In this document: one piece after another, positions 7,228-16,263 of the stretch | Numbering within the stretch: position 1 is the first letter of the stretch | Layout of the letters: each line of letters begins with the position of its first letter | DNA from: a virus | Virus record (IMG/VR): IMGVR_UViG_3300045988_159601 | Location: 1-36,220 of that record | DNA length: 36,220 nucleotides | Direction: 5' to 3' (one strand) | The notes under the pieces: model-generated | Databases searched by the model: none | What the model was told of the DNA's origin: nothing | Seen by the model: only the letters and a program-made list of their open reading frames with translations | Made by a program: the position numbers and the translations under genes

Positions 7228-7659
7228 TTAGTTACCGAAAAAGGACCCGTCATAGGTCGTTAGTGTCTGCGCATCACCGGTCAACGCGGTTTCACGTTCC
7301 AACCAAGGCCGATTCATTGCCCACTTGTATTGGAAATAATCGTTTGCGGGGTGTGCGGATAAAATCGGGTGTTGCCCGGTGATATACAGGTAGAAATCCG
7401 ACGCAAACGCGGGTTTGATATTGGTTAGCTGTACCAGCCCGTCCCCGGCGGCTTGAAAAGCGTCCTTCGGCTCGGATGTTGTCGGGTCAATGCCTAGATC
7501 GTTGCACACGTCATCGGGCAGAACGTTCGCCTTGTTGTAGGCGCTTCCCTCCTGGGTGGCATCGTCCGCGTAGGACAGCACGCCCTCCACCACCTGCCCG
7601 CTGTCCAGAGTGATCTTTACCCGGTTCGCCTTACCAGGAGCCGGAACCCTATCACGCAT
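7228..7659 (-). CDS. Tail fibre / minor structural protein (143 aa from ATG 7659)
   Basis: AGGGGG SD 8-9 nt before ATG 7659 (the track start 7668 is a GTG). N-terminal RVPAPGKANRVKITLDSG is typical of prophage tail-fibre N-termini (from memory). Confidence 0.6.
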   Translation of the reverse strand: MRDRVPAPGKANRVKITLDSGQVVEGVLSYADDATQEGSAYNKANVLPDDVCNDLGIDPTTSEPKDAFQAAGDGLVQLTNIKPAFASDFYLYITGQHPILSAHPANDYFQYKWAMNRPWLERETALTGDAQTLTTYDGSFFGN

Positions 7660-8149
7660 TAAAAACACCCCCTGCTATCATAAACGGTGTAGCCGCCTGC
7701 CGGATGAGATACCCGGCCTGTATTTCCTGCAAGATAATTTCTAGCCTGTACAAAATTTCTTCTATCGCGTTGGCCTGTTGCCACGTCAACGCGCCCATAC
7801 TGCCCGGTGCGTCGGGCGCGACGTAGGGCAGGCAGTCGCGCAGCTTATGGATGTTGCCCAGGTACACGGCCATTTGCTCGGTGTCCTGTATGCTATCCTC
7901 TGCCCAGTCTGTCACTGGGCTGGTGGGCACGGTATAACCCATGTCATGCAGTACGCCGGTCAGGTACTCCACCGCCGCACCGACACGGTTTAGGTCCGTC
8001 GCGTTATATGCGCCCTTCATCCCGGCCACGAACTCAGCCCGTTCCGCCGCCGTAGCGGTACCAGCAACAAGAGCAGCTGTCAGCTGTTTTACCCGCTCGA
8101 CGTCGGACTGTGTGCGGTCGAAAATCAGATTATCTAATTGCCTCGGCAT
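7652..8149 (-). CDS. Hypothetical tail-associated protein (165 aa)
   Basis: ORF in the tail-tip block, coupled to its neighbours by overlaps. Confidence 0.6.
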   Translation of the reverse strand: MPRQLDNLIFDRTQSDVERVKQLTAALVAGTATAAERAEFVAGMKGAYNATDLNRVGAAVEYLTGVLHDMGYTVPTSPVTDWAEDSIQDTEQMAVYLGNIHKLRDCLPYVAPDAPGSMGALTWQQANAIEEILYRLEIILQEIQAGYLIRQAATPFMIAGGVFNA

Positions 8150-9659
8150 CGCATGTTAGCCCCCCGTCGTAACTATAATCCAGCTGTGTTATCACCGCGT
8201 CCCCGTTGACACCATACACATCGTCGATTTTAGCCGTGTCCAACAGGTCAAGAGCCGGATTACCCCGCGTGGTCAGCTCATACGACACGCGCCGCTGTAC
8301 CCACGCAAGCAACCAGTTAGCCACCTGCTGACCAAGCGCAGGCGTGACACACGGGTTAGATACCTCGTAAACTCGCTCTATGTCATCGCTTGCTATGTTC
8401 CTACCATAGTATACCACATCTTCACCGTCTGCGCCCTGTCCGGCTGTCAATTTAATGGAATTGTAGAGCTGTCCCACCTTAATTTGTGCGGCGCTGTGCT
8501 GCACGTCGAGCGTCCACTCATCCGACGGGGTAGACAGGGCGGGCCGGGTGAAATGTAGGGCGTTATTCCTATCAATGTAGCAGGTACACATAGCCGCCTG
8601 AGCGCATAGGCGCAGGGCCTCCCGGATGCTGGTATTTTCCGGGATGGTGTTACCGATCACCACGCTGTCTAGGTCAGCGTCGTACACAGCGGTAAACTTG
8701 TTGGACACCTTAGCAAGCAGGGCAGTCACAGCCGACTTTAGCGTCCACGTCCCGGAACCGGCCCCCGTGTACTCCACGTTGTCCAGCACATACAGCCAAT
8801 CGTTAAACGTGATACTCGCTGTCAGTCCCCCATCCTCGCTTTCGGCGGTGGTGAAATAGGCTCTACCCATGTACACCGCGTCCCCGTTAACGGTTATTGT
8901 CCAGTCCATAAACTGCCCGTCTTGCAGGTAGGCATACAGGCCGGACGGGTTGACCATGTTATACAGCTGCTCACTGTTATCTACCGTAGCCTCGACCTCA
9001 GCAGAGGGCAGAGACTCAGCAAATGGAGAGATGGACTGCCTGATTTCCACTCCCTCGATGGTGTCCGCGTTGTAGTCATAGCGAACACCGAAGCGGACGC
9101 CGCACACCCGCACCCGTCGGTGAGGAATGGCGGATTTTGTAAACGTGAACCGTACTCTCCGGTAGTCCTGCGTGGGTAGGCTGATAACGTGGATATAGTC
9201 GGTGGGGTTGGTGGTGGTTGTACCCAGTTGTACCCCGCTTGCGTCCCATGCCGTTGTGACGATTTCCGCCGGATGGTTTTCCGGCTGGGTATCATCAAAA
9301 ATCAGGGTAAACCCGTAGCTGTCCTGATTCTCCGGAAATGTAAACTCCAAATAGGGCGCGGAACTGTACGCCCCATCATCCCCGGATAGTACGGCGCTGT
9401 TCCACCCGGTTTGCTCACCGGGGTACAGCTCACGGGAGCCGTCCAGCACCCACATATTTTTTTCTAGGCTGGTGTAGTCCCCGCTCATCTGCTCCACCCC
9501 GTCCACCGTCTGCCCGATAACGGAGACGGTGGACTGAGCGGACGATGCAGGGACGGCCAACTCAGCCGCTTCCGGCGCGACTACGCCGAACGAAAACGAC
9601 AGCTCGACCCGGCGGGTATCGGTGTACGGATTGTAACCGGTTGGGACTGAAACCATCAT
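8130..9659 (-). CDS. Tail-tip / baseplate-hub-like minor tail protein (509 aa)
   Basis: The ATG at 9659 overlaps the upstream stop (ATGA), with an AGGGGGTGG SD. Position (second gene after the tape measure) and size fit a Tal/hub-type protein. Confidence 0.65.
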   Translation of the reverse strand: MMVSVPTGYNPYTDTRRVELSFSFGVVAPEAAELAVPASSAQSTVSVIGQTVDGVEQMSGDYTSLEKNMWVLDGSRELYPGEQTGWNSAVLSGDDGAYSSAPYLEFTFPENQDSYGFTLIFDDTQPENHPAEIVTTAWDASGVQLGTTTTNPTDYIHVISLPTQDYRRVRFTFTKSAIPHRRVRVCGVRFGVRYDYNADTIEGVEIRQSISPFAESLPSAEVEATVDNSEQLYNMVNPSGLYAYLQDGQFMDWTITVNGDAVYMGRAYFTTAESEDGGLTASITFNDWLYVLDNVEYTGAGSGTWTLKSAVTALLAKVSNKFTAVYDADLDSVVIGNTIPENTSIREALRLCAQAAMCTCYIDRNNALHFTRPALSTPSDEWTLDVQHSAAQIKVGQLYNSIKLTAGQGADGEDVVYYGRNIASDDIERVYEVSNPCVTPALGQQVANWLLAWVQRRVSYELTTRGNPALDLLDTAKIDDVYGVNGDAVITQLDYSYDGGLTCDAEAIR

Positions 9660-10015
9660 GCCACCCCCTGCGCCGTAGCGGTCAACTCGACGTTGTACCA
9701 CACCGGCACACCGTCAACGAACTTAAAAATCTTTTGGCTACCAATCTCGATGGTAAACGCACCAGAAACAGTCTGACCCGTGGGGTCGGGGTAAGAGATC
9801 GTCACGAATCGGCCCGAACGGGCCAGCTGTACAACCTGGGCCAACAGGTCAGCCGGTACCCATTCCCACGTTGCAGACAGTTCGGTACGCCACCCCAGCA
9901 CGTCGCGGACGATTTTCCCGCTGGCCATGGTTGCCTCCTGGCTCTCATAGCCGCCGCCCACCTCTAGGGTTTTGGTTCGGGGCATCTCAAGCCCGCCAAT
10001 GGTAATATTTGCCAT
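9656..10015 (-). CDS. Putative distal tail protein (119 aa)
   Basis: Lies immediately downstream of the tape measure gene. Assignment is by position only. Confidence 0.5.
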   Translation of the reverse strand: MANITIGGLEMPRTKTLEVGGGYESQEATMASGKIVRDVLGWRTELSATWEWVPADLLAQVVQLARSGRFVTISYPDPTGQTVSGAFTIEIGSQKIFKFVDGVPVWYNVELTATAQGVA

Positions 10016-10017
10016 TA

Positions 10018-13000
10018 TTAGTATTGCCCCCTTTGCCGTCCCACTTGTTTGAGCGGGTCGTAAACCACTTCCGCGATTTGCTTACCATTGAGGTTTACCG
10101 GGATTACCACGGTTTGCGCTCCACCGGCCCCGGCCATGGCCAGGCCAGCGTTACCGTTTACCACACCGGCCGCCGCATCCATGAGGTCCCCACGGGACAG
10201 GGTCTCGAACGGGGACAGTACGGTATCCGCAATCTGTCGATTGATACGCTCCATCTCAGCCATAAACCCGGCCCCGATACCCTGGGCCAGGGGTTTGCCT
10301 ACCATGTTCCGCGTCACCCGTGACGGGGAGTGGATGTCAGCCGCCGCACGCATAGCGGCGATAGCGCTGGACACGATACGTTGCGCGGTTGCGTAGAGCG
10401 CCCCGCTTCGGTTGTTCATACCGTCGATCAGACCTTGAATACTCTGAATACCTAGGTCCCGCATCTCCTGCTTCATGCCGTCCAATTCGCCGGGGAGCTT
10501 GTCTACAAACTCATAGCCCAGCAGTTGCAGTTCATCCGCATAAAATTTCTGCGCGACGGCCTGGGCCTCTGCCTGTTTTTTCTCCCACAGGGCAATATAG
10601 TCGCTGTATTCTTCGTCTGTCATGGACAACAGCTTCTCGGTGTATGCCGTGGCCTTGTCTACGTCCATACCGATGATTTCATCAAGCAGGCTATCCGATA
10701 CGCCCCGGTTTTTGAGGCTGTCCAGTGCATCGCCGTATCTCTGGATACCGTCAATCTGCTCTTGCAGGTCGGACAGCTCCAAAAATTCCCCGGTTTCGTC
10801 TTTCACGGACTGGAACAGTTCGCCGTAGTCCCGCAGTTTGTCGGCCATGCTTTCCTGAGCTTTTTCAATCTCAGACAGCGCGGCCTCATACTCCGTGCGG
10901 AAATCTTTTACCGCGCTTAACTGAGAATTAAGTGCTTCTTTGGTGGCTTCGTCAAGCCCGGTATCCTCTAACCGCTTTGTAAGCTCTTCCTCTTTCGCCA
11001 CTAGGCGGTTATTAAGCTCACTGGTGAGGTCAACGACCTGGTTATAAGACTTTTTGTAAGTGTCAACGCTGACATTAAGCCTCTTTGCGGTATCGTCAAG
11101 CAGTCTCTGGTTGGTTTCTTTCCAGGTATCTTCCACCTCATCAGCTGCACCCGCCGCAACAGCTACGACTTTGGCAGCCTGAGATTTTTCCGCCCGGATA
11201 ACGTAGCTCTCACCGTCCCGGATACCCAGGGCCATACCTTTAGCCAACTGCACGCCCACCTCGTCACGCATCACACGAGACGGGGAATGGATACCAAAAA
11301 ATCCCTTTATGCCGTTCAGGATGTTGCTGCACCAGCCCTTAATCCGCCCAAGCAACCAACCAGCTGCGCCCTGGATACCGTTCCATAGGCCCTGCACGAT
11401 ATTTCTACCGACGGACGCCACCCGTCCAGGGATTGACTGTAAGGTGCTTACAATAGCATTTCTCACGTTGTTCATTCCGGCCCGTGCCTTAGCCGCCATA
11501 TTCGCGGCCCAGGTAGCCAACGCGGACAGCGCACCGGCAAGAAGGGATGCAATTTTTCCGGGTATCTGGCCAAAAAAGTTACCGATAGCCGAAAGAACAC
11601 CGTTCCCGGCTTCCGCCGCTTTGGCTATCGCGTTGGAAGCCCACCCGGTAATTGCACTGAGCGCACCGGCAAGGAAAGAGGCGATTTTTCCGGGTAGCTG
11701 CCCGAAGAAATTACCGATGGAAGACAAAAACCGTCCGCCAACGTCCACGGCCTTAGAAACCATCTCGGAAGCCCAGGCGGATACATTGGCTATCACCGTC
11801 GAGAAGAAAGAGCTTATTTTCCCCGGAAGCTGGGCTATCCAGCTCACCGCGGTTTGAATCGCGCTGGGCAGTGTCTCGCTGAAAAACCCCACCAACGCGC
11901 CGATCACATTGATCAATAGCTCTACCGCCGTTACCACGATGTTAATCACTGCGGCCAGCGCAGCAAACGGGGCAGCAACGACTAACGTAGCAAGCGTACT
12001 AAAAAACTTAGAGATCGCGGCCTGCTGTTCGGGGGTGAAAGCCTCATTTATCGCGTTCTTGACATCCTGAAATCGCTCTTTCAACCCGTCTATGACAGGC
12101 TGTAACAGCTCAAACGCCTTGAGAAATACTGTGGAAATAGCCTCCCCGACAGGGGTCAAGGCCGCCATAAGCCCCGCAAGAGCCTCTGTCACCCCGGCAA
12201 CAACGGGGGCAAAAGCCGCACCAAGGCCAGCCATAGCATCCTGCATTTGCGCCTGCGCTTCGTTCATGGCCACGACTTCCGGGTTTGCCTCCCGGAAAGC
12301 ATCGGCTAGTTGCGGTAAGCCCTGCCTTGCTAGTTCGTCCAGCACCAGCCGGGCGCGTTCGGCGGGGTCTTTTGTGGCCTCTAATTTTTTGTTAAATTCG
12401 TCCTCGCTGGTTCCCGCCCAATTGAGTACATCGGCGAATGACGAAGTCACGGTACCCGTCTTTATGGTTTCGTTCACCGCTTCGGCCAACGAATCAATAG
12501 GGACGCTATCACCATACGTTGCCCATGCACCAATGCACCCGTCAATAAGTGTTGTTAGCTCCGACTGAGACAAACCAAGAGCTTGCAGGTTAGCCAACGC
12601 CGTAGCACTTGCCTGGTCTTCGCCGATAATAGCGTATAACTGCCTGTAACTCTGCCCGGTCTGTTCCGCTGTGTACCCGGCCTTTTGGCTAGACACCTCC
12701 AGCACGCCCATGATTTTTTGATATTCGGCGGTTTCCTCTACTAGAGATTTTATGCCAGAGACGGCGGATTGAACCAATCCAGATATTGCGCCGCCAATAG
12801 CGCCGCCAACAAGCGAGCCCTTGATGCCGCCGAGCTTGTCCATTAGCCCGCCTGCGCCGTCCCCCGCATCGTCCATAGAGTTATCAAAATCGTCCGCCGC
12901 GTCTGCCGCCTGCCGGAACGCGGTTTTACTCTGTTTTAGCTCCGTAGACAGCCGGTCAATCTGATTCTCAAGGTCTCGCGCCTCGCGGGAACCTTTACCA

Positions 13001-13671
13001 AAGGACAGCACGGCGCTACTATACGCGGATTTCAGCCTGTTCAGCTCCGCCTCCTGCCGGGAAATTTTATCGCCCAGCTGCTGAAAGGCGTTACCCGCCT
13101 GGTCCGCATCGTCTCCCAACCTGTCCAGGTCACGGCGGGCACGACCCGCTTGGTCCCCCATCCGGTCCAGATCATCCCCGGCCCTGTCCGCATCGTCACC
13201 CAGTCGGTCCATATCGTCCCCGGCCCGGTCGGCATCGTCCGCAAGGTCCCGTAACTCTGCCTCCATTTTATTCATGTCGGCGGTTGCGTTATTGATCTTG
13301 GTACCCAGGTTGTTCACTGTTACCGCCTGCCTGTTGTAGGCGGCTTCGGCTTTCAAGGCTTCGGCTGAGTTTTCCCCGAACTGCTGCCGGGCGTTTTCCA
13401 GCTCTGCGCCCAGTTCATCCAGTTTGGCTTTCGCCTTGTCGTACTGCTGCGACAAAATGCCGATTTTGTCCTTCGTTGCGTCGATAGACCGGGTGAGAAT
13501 GTCGGATTTCTTCGCCGCCTGCTGTTCTGCGCTCTCAAGTCCAGACATAGACGAAACGGCGGCTTTCATCTCTGAGTTGAGGTTCTTGATTCTGCTTTCT
13601 ACGCCCTTTAAGGCAGACGTTAGGTCGCTTTCACCGGTAACACCCAGCTTAATAGATACGTCTGTTGCCAT
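10018..13671 (-). CDS. Tail tape measure protein (1217 aa)
   Basis: Size, coiled-coil N-terminus, hydrophobic Gly/Ala-rich repeats (SAIGNFFGQ(I/L)PGKIAS..AGALSA, three copies), and a duplicated IHSPSRV motif. Follows the G/GT chaperone. Confidence 0.9.
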   Translation of the reverse strand: MATDVSIKLGVTGESDLTSALKGVESRIKNLNSEMKAAVSSMSGLESAEQQAAKKSDILTRSIDATKDKIGILSQQYDKAKAKLDELGAELENARQQFGENSAEALKAEAAYNRQAVTVNNLGTKINNATADMNKMEAELRDLADDADRAGDDMDRLGDDADRAGDDLDRMGDQAGRARRDLDRLGDDADQAGNAFQQLGDKISRQEAELNRLKSAYSSAVLSFGKGSREARDLENQIDRLSTELKQSKTAFRQAADAADDFDNSMDDAGDGAGGLMDKLGGIKGSLVGGAIGGAISGLVQSAVSGIKSLVEETAEYQKIMGVLEVSSQKAGYTAEQTGQSYRQLYAIIGEDQASATALANLQALGLSQSELTTLIDGCIGAWATYGDSVPIDSLAEAVNETIKTGTVTSSFADVLNWAGTSEDEFNKKLEATKDPAERARLVLDELARQGLPQLADAFREANPEVVAMNEAQAQMQDAMAGLGAAFAPVVAGVTEALAGLMAALTPVGEAISTVFLKAFELLQPVIDGLKERFQDVKNAINEAFTPEQQAAISKFFSTLATLVVAAPFAALAAVINIVVTAVELLINVIGALVGFFSETLPSAIQTAVSWIAQLPGKISSFFSTVIANVSAWASEMVSKAVDVGGRFLSSIGNFFGQLPGKIASFLAGALSAITGWASNAIAKAAEAGNGVLSAIGNFFGQIPGKIASLLAGALSALATWAANMAAKARAGMNNVRNAIVSTLQSIPGRVASVGRNIVQGLWNGIQGAAGWLLGRIKGWCSNILNGIKGFFGIHSPSRVMRDEVGVQLAKGMALGIRDGESYVIRAEKSQAAKVVAVAAGAADEVEDTWKETNQRLLDDTAKRLNVSVDTYKKSYNQVVDLTSELNNRLVAKEEELTKRLEDTGLDEATKEALNSQLSAVKDFRTEYEAALSEIEKAQESMADKLRDYGELFQSVKDETGEFLELSDLQEQIDGIQRYGDALDSLKNRGVSDSLLDEIIGMDVDKATAYTEKLLSMTDEEYSDYIALWEKKQAEAQAVAQKFYADELQLLGYEFVDKLPGELDGMKQEMRDLGIQSIQGLIDGMNNRSGALYATAQRIVSSAIAAMRAAADIHSPSRVTRNMVGKPLAQGIGAGFMAEMERINRQIADTVLSPFETLSRGDLMDAAAGVVNGNAGLAMAGAGGAQTVVIPVNLNGKQIAEVVYDPLKQVGRQRGQY

Positions 13672-13683
13672 TGATACACCCCT

Positions 13684-14249
13684 TTACTGGTAGGTTAGCA
13701 AGCGCATAAATTCCCGCGCTTCGTCTTCCCTGGTGGGCTTCGGTTCTGCCCCCTCTGTTTTGATTTGATGCACCGCAATCAAATCTAGCAAGCAGGATAC
13801 GGGTAAATCAAAGGTCTCCAGGCGGGTTAATCCCACCTGGAGACCGTACCAGATATACCAGGCGGGAGTTACCCGTCCTCCCGGCTGGTTTCTGCGTTTT
13901 TTCGGCCACCCTTGCCGGGTTTGGCTTCCACGGTGGGGGTCGTACCGGCCCGCACCGTCTCAGTCATCGCCATGGTCATACCGTCGTAATCGTCCGGCCC
14001 CATAGAGTCCATAAGTTCGTCGAGCGACAGGGAGCCGGGATTGTCCAGCCCCTCAAGTTTGGCGTACCGGTTGCCCGCGTCGATCATCTGGGCCAGCAAC
14101 CAAAACAGGTCGGACAGTTTGGCTGATTTCATAATGCGGGCTAGCTCTTTGTCTGCATCCCCGCCGCGCTCTTCCAGGGCCACGAGTACACGGGTAGACA
14201 GACAGGTGATATAGTCCAGTCCGTTCACAGTGATTTTTCCAGTTCTCAT
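13684..14249 (-). CDS. Tail assembly chaperone long form (G-T) produced by a -1 programmed frameshift
   Basis: The -1 frame is open from the slippery site to a TAA at 13684..13686 (...KRRNQPGGRVTPAWYIWYGLQVGLTRLETFDLPVSCLLDLIAVHQIKTEG...LLTYQ). This fills the otherwise ORF-free gap before the tape measure gene. Confidence 0.65.
13869..14249 (-). CDS. Tail assembly chaperone, short form (G), 126 aa
   Basis: Lies between the major tail and tape measure genes. Acidic protein of typical size. Confidence 0.8.
   Translation of the reverse strand: MRTGKITVNGLDYITCLSTRVLVALEERGGDADKELARIMKSAKLSDLFWLLAQMIDAGNRYAKLEGLDNPGSLSLDELMDSMGPDDYDGMTMAMTETVRAGTTPTVEAKPGKGGRKNAETSREDG
13896..13902 (-). promoter_or_regulatory. 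-1 ribosomal frameshift slippery heptamer A_AAA_AAC
   Basis: In the zero frame the minus strand reads ggc cgA AAA AAC gca, near the 3' end of the chaperone gene. This matches the canonical X_XXY_YYZ pattern. Confidence 0.65.
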
Positions 14250-14264
14250 GTCCTGCCCCTCCTA

Positions 14265-14867
14265 TTAAGCCGCCGCGTCGGTGATGCCCAACGCCTTTTT
14301 AATGGCTGCCTCAGCCGCCGCCTCGGTTGCCAGCGGGGTGCTCTGCATCTGCCACACATGATTAGTGCTGTCATCACGCATCACGGTGGCGCTCAGGCTC
14401 TTGGTCTGCCACTCGATGGTTTCGCCCTGGGTGGTCGCAGAGACGCCGGGGTTGGTAAACTGCACCTTGGTAAGCACCAGAGCAATCCATTTCACCGTGC
14501 CGCCCTGTTTGGCCTTGATAATGCCGCCGAAACCGACGTAGGGAATGGCCTGACTATCATCAAACACAAGCCACTTGTCGGTAGAGCCGGAAGCCGCCGC
14601 ATCCATGGCCTTCTCAGTGATACCCAAGATAGCTTTCATGGGTTCGGGGAGCAGATCGTCGGTGGTGATATTCAGGGTACCGCCCGCAAACTGGTTGTCA
14701 CTCTCAGCCGGGGCATTGTCTGCATACAGTACGTTCGTATCTGCGCCCTCAAGCTCCAGGGACAGCTCGGTTGCCTTGCCCAGCAGACCGCCGCCGGAAT
14801 AGGTAACGGTGCCGCCGGTGGCACTGTACAGGGCGTAATAGGGCTTAGATAAACCAATGCTTGCCAT
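14265..14867 (-). CDS. Major tail (tube) protein, phi13-like
   Basis: 200 aa. Assigned by position and the N-terminal IGLSKPYYALY pattern. Confidence 0.8.
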   Translation of the reverse strand: MASIGLSKPYYALYSATGGTVTYSGGGLLGKATELSLELEGADTNVLYADNAPAESDNQFAGGTLNITTDDLLPEPMKAILGITEKAMDAAASGSTDKWLVFDDSQAIPYVGFGGIIKAKQGGTVKWIALVLTKVQFTNPGVSATTQGETIEWQTKSLSATVMRDDSTNHVWQMQSTPLATEAAAEAAIKKALGITDAAA

Positions 14868-14876
14868 AAATTACAC

Positions 14877-15329
14877 TCATCCTTTCACGATTTTTTGGAT
14901 TTCTTCTTCCAGAGTAGCCTTGACTGCGGCCTGAGCCGCGCCACGGCTTGAGCGAACAGCCCTGTCGAAAAAGGGCTGCTTGCTACTGAATGATGTTCCA
15001 GAGTTGAAAACGCGGGCAACCATCCGGTTTGACTGGCCCCGGCTGTTTGTGCCGGAGAACCCAACGCCGCCCTCGATCTTGCCGCCCTTATCCTCTATCT
15101 GGTAGGTGGTCAGCCCCGCTTGCAGTCCGGCTTTCTGCTCCGTTCTGCGTCGGGTCTCCCACGCGCTGGGGCCGTCAACGCGCAGGCCGTTAATGCCAGA
15201 GCGCACGGCATCGGCGATTACAGCCGCGCCGTCGAACACGGCTTTTTTAATCGCGCCCTCCGATTCCTCAGACAGGCGGTTTAGCACCATCACTAGCTCA
15301 TCGGCCCCGGTGATTTTGATACTGGGCAT
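14877..15329 (-). CDS. HK97 gp10-family tail-completion/neck protein
   Basis: 150 aa. N-terminal KITGADELVMVLNRL...AVFDGAAVIADAVRS pattern. Confidence 0.7.
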   Translation of the reverse strand: MPSIKITGADELVMVLNRLSEESEGAIKKAVFDGAAVIADAVRSGINGLRVDGPSAWETRRRTEQKAGLQAGLTTYQIEDKGGKIEGGVGFSGTNSRGQSNRMVARVFNSGTSFSSKQPFFDRAVRSSRGAAQAAVKATLEEEIQKIVKG

Positions 15330-15331
15330 TT

Positions 15332-15652
15332 TTACACCACCTCAGCATACCACTCAAAATGATATAGGCCCGTCTCATTCTCGTACTGCGTAGAGTTTAG
15401 ATACCAGGACGCGCCCGCACCCTCCAACGCCGCCGGGATACTTGCTACTAACGGGTCTTTCGCTTTCTTGGTGAACAGGTCAACGATTACAACCGCCGCT
15501 GTCTCTGCGTGGCGGTTCCCCGCGCAGAGGTCGTTGTCCCCGTCCTGCTGATAAATGATATAGGGCGGCACGGTGCTAGGAGCGGAAACAAACTGAAATA
15601 CATTAGAGGTCAACGCCAATAGTGCCTGTTTAATGGTTTCCATCCAGCGCAT
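15332..15652 (-). CDS. Head-tail joining / neck protein (106 aa)
   Basis: Assigned by position in the connector block. Confidence 0.55.
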   Translation of the reverse strand: MRWMETIKQALLALTSNVFQFVSAPSTVPPYIIYQQDGDNDLCAGNRHAETAAVVIVDLFTKKAKDPLVASIPAALEGAGASWYLNSTQYENETGLYHFEWYAEVV

Positions 15653-15983
15653 CCATCCTCTCTAGTGTAATGTCCGTAGCCGGTAGGCCGTCGGAATCCG
15701 TCACCTGCTGCACCTGTGCCACCCTATACGTCGCATCATCCAGATGGTCCACCGGGGACAGTTTCACCCGGTCGGTGGTGGGTGAGATCGCGTAATATCT
15801 GGGTACACGAATCAGCAAATCAGCCCGGTTTGCATGTTCCAACGCGGTATAATACCGCTGGATGCCTACCGTCCTGTTTTCGTAGTTCGCGCCCCAGACC
15901 TGAACGTACACCAGCTCCGGGGCCTCTCCAGGTTCCGCGACGTTCGCGCCCCGGTGCAAAAACATTACCCCGCTGTCGTACAT
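15630..15983 (-). CDS. Head closure / head-tail adaptor protein (117 aa)
   Basis: Position after the gp6-like connector, and size. Confidence 0.65.
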   Translation of the reverse strand: MYDSGVMFLHRGANVAEPGEAPELVYVQVWGANYENRTVGIQRYYTALEHANRADLLIRVPRYYAISPTTDRVKLSPVDHLDDATYRVAQVQQVTDSDGLPATDITLERMDALDGNH

Positions 15984-15985
15984 GT

Positions 15986-16261
15986 TCAGCCCCCCGATTT
16001 CTGGCTAAAGAGCCTGTTGTTTAGTGCCCACCGCAGCATACGCGGCATTGCCTCGGTGGTGTTGCGTTTACGCACCAGATAGGCCGCGTACATCTCCACC
16101 AGTTGCAGGTCCTCGACGGTATCCTCCAGGGTGATACCCTCGCGGGTGATAAACGCAATGGCCGCGTCTATCACCTGCGAGAGGTAGTTTTTCCGTTCAT
16201 CCGTGGGGTACAGTTCCCCAAGATCGACCTGCAACAGCGGCAACACATTAGCCGCCGTCAT
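15986..16261 (-). CDS. gp6-like head-tail connector protein (91 aa)
   Basis: Lies immediately downstream of the capsid gene. LLQVDLGE...YLSQVIDAAIAFITREGI pattern. Confidence 0.7.
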   Translation of the reverse strand: MTAANVLPLLQVDLGELYPTDERKNYLSQVIDAAIAFITREGITLEDTVEDLQLVEMYAAYLVRKRNTTEAMPRMLRWALNNRLFSQKSGG

Positions 16262-16263
16262 GA

